DNA from: Chiloscyllium plagiosum
Taxonomy: Eukaryota
Length of the DNA stretch: 64,000 nucleotides
Direction: 5' to 3'
Assembly: GCF_004010195.1 (NCBI RefSeq)
Contig: NC_057719.1
Location: forward strand, 40,685,273-40,749,272
The translations under genes were made by a program, and so were the position numbers. The notes beneath the pieces were generated by a model, which saw only the letters and a program-made list of their open reading frames with translations, ran no database searches and had not been told where the DNA came from. Shown piece by piece: positions 62,205 through 64,000 of the stretch; position 1 is the stretch's first letter; every line of letters starts with the position of its first letter.

Positions 62205-63490
62205 CAATGTATTCACTGACCTCGACGACCTGTGTGAAGCCATTGGTTTTCTTGTGACACTACGACCGGGTCCTTAGGCTTGACTCCTGGGATTGGGCTC
62301 CATGGCTATTTGTTCCCACCATCTCCTGAGGGTGTTTCTGGAGGTTCTCTTAGATTCCTGTGCTTACAGAACATCACTCCTCCTCCTCTCCACCACCTCC
62401 ACCAGAGCTTCCTGTGCAATAGGAGAAAGTGAGGAATGCCACAGTCAAAACGTGAGGCACTGGAAAAGCACAACAAGTCAAGCAGCATCCAAGGAGTAGG
62501 AGAGTTGACGTTTTGGGGCATAAGCCCTTCATTAGGAGTATTAGGATGGGGGTGTGCACGATTCTCACCTTCCACCTCACTCATCTCGAGATACAGTGCA
62601 TTATCCTCCACCATGTCTGCCATCTACAATCAGACCCCACTACCAGAGATATATTTCCCTCCCAATCATTACCTGTGTTCCACAGATACCATTCCCTACA
62701 TGACTCACTTGTTAGGTCCATACCCCCCCCACCAACCCACCTACCACTCCCGGAACCTTCCCTTCCTGCCGCAAGAGGTGTAAACTCTGTGCTCTCACCT
62801 CTGTCCAAGGCCCCAAAGGATCCTTCCACATCTGAGAGATTTTCCAGAACATCAGAACACCTCATCTCCTGTGTCCGTTGCTCTTGATGTTCTCTGCTCT
62901 GCACTTAGGAGACAGGACACCAACATGCGGAATGTTTCAAGGAACATCTCTGGGACACATGTACCAAACAGCCCCATCGCCCTGTGCACAACCACTTCAA
63001 CACCCTCTCCCACTCTGCCAAGGGCATGCAAGTCCTGGGCTTCCTCTACCACCAAATCCAAGCCACTTGACTACTGGAGGAAGAACGCCTCGTCTTCCAC
63101 CTTGGGACCCTTCAACCACATGGCATCAATGTCAACTTCACCAGTTTCCTAATGTCCCCTCCCCCCCACCTCATCCCAGATCCAACCCTCCAACTCGGCA
63201 TTGCCCTCTTGACCTGTCCTATCAGTCCGTCTTCCTTCCCACCTATCGGCTCCACCCTCTCCTCAGACCTTTCACTATCACCCCCCACTTGCATCTAACT
63301 AACGCCTTCCCAGCTACTTCCCACACTCCTATTTATCTCTCAGCTTCCTTCCCTACGCCCCTACATTCCTGATGAAGGGCTTATGCTCGAAACGTCGACC
63401 TCCTGCTCCTTGGATGCTGCCTGGCCTGCTGTGCTTTTCCATCACCACACTCTTCGACCTCTTGGGCATTTCTATCATGTTGTGCCATTC
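62205..63490 (-). mobile_element. Harbinger ORF2 (Myb/SANT-like) relic split by a Penelope insertion
   Basis: MAQHDRNA (~63490-63460) continues after the insertion as EALVEVVERRRSDVL*AQESKRTSRNTLRRWWEQIAMEPNPRSQ..RTRS*CHKKTNGFTQVVEVSE (62411-62212). Confidence 0.75.
62421..63457 (+). mobile_element. Penelope-like element: inverted partial pseudo-LTR, decayed GIY-YIG region and 3' pseudo-LTR
   Basis: Inverted pLTR at ~62421-62535. Coding relics LQSDPTTRDIFPS, HLISCVRCS*CSLLC and LEEERLVFHLGTLQPHGINVNFTSF. The 3' pLTR contains CTGATGAAGGGCTTATGCTCGAAACGTC. Confidence 0.88.
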
Positions 63491-64000
63491 TTCAATATTT
63501 GCCAGGACAGGTCACTTCCTGCCCGACAATCACAACACGTCTCCTCTTTAAGAGGTGCAGTCTATCTTTAAACTGTGCAAACTCACTTTAAGTGATTCTA
63601 GGCATTCACCCTGTTGACTGCCGACGCAGCCCACCAATCAATAGTTGTTAGCACTGGCTGAATGATGGAATAATTCAAATGAGTTGGCAGCACCAAATTG
63701 GCATGCTGCCTACCTTTCTGTCAGTGGGCACGGAATAATTGAGCATCACAATCCCGACCTCCATTTTCAGGAGCTATCCAATTTAGCCCTGGTTGAGTTG
63801 ACAGTCACAATATCACACCTGCAGATCTCCAAAACTAATGCCGACTGCCAAACTTTCATCTGATATATATACTGCACTTATTACCCAGAGAAAATCGCAT
63901 TCTCGGCAGGGAAGTCTTGTTTATACAAAGCTATTTTGGAGATATCCATGCTTTAAAGCTATGCTCTAAACATTTTGCAGACATTAATTAGGGATATAGA

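Noticed and set aside
45295..64000. KIF26A next exon (expected DP.FS...DKLQ.P-like sequence) or kinesin motor exons
   Set aside because: No matching peptide with splice sites found by eye or in the ORF track. It probably lies beyond the window.

Overview
This is eukaryotic, repeat-rich vertebrate DNA. The HE1-type tRNA-derived SINEs, HER1/CR1 LINEs and shark-type Penelope and Harbinger relics point to an elasmobranch (shark) genome (inference). The only host gene I can support is the 5' end of the kinesin-11 family gene KIF26A on the + strand. Its 249-nt coding exon at 45046-45294 closely resembles exon 2 of mammalian KIF26A. Two different ATG-initiated exons could splice to it in frame, each with a GTGAGT donor: a distal 43-codon exon (41160-41288) and a proximal 18-codon exon (44541-44594). 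The next exon is not visible, so the following intron is longer than 18 kb. The gene start lies in a roughly 10-kb CpG-retaining, transposon-free domain (~36-46.5 kb). The rest of the window is a nested mosaic of HER1/CR1 and older non-LTR fragments, HE1 SINEs, L2, Harbinger transposase and Myb-ORF fossils, a Tigger-like MITE, and many Penelope-like pseudo-LTR pieces. Several of those pieces are palindromic mini-elements with target-site duplications and minimal hammerhead-ribozyme-like motifs. There is one assembly gap (6024-6803). Repeat boundaries are by-eye estimates. I found no intact autonomous element and no wholly new gene system. The most interesting signals are the dual N-termini and uORF of KIF26A and the palindromic, hammerhead-bearing Penelope derivatives.
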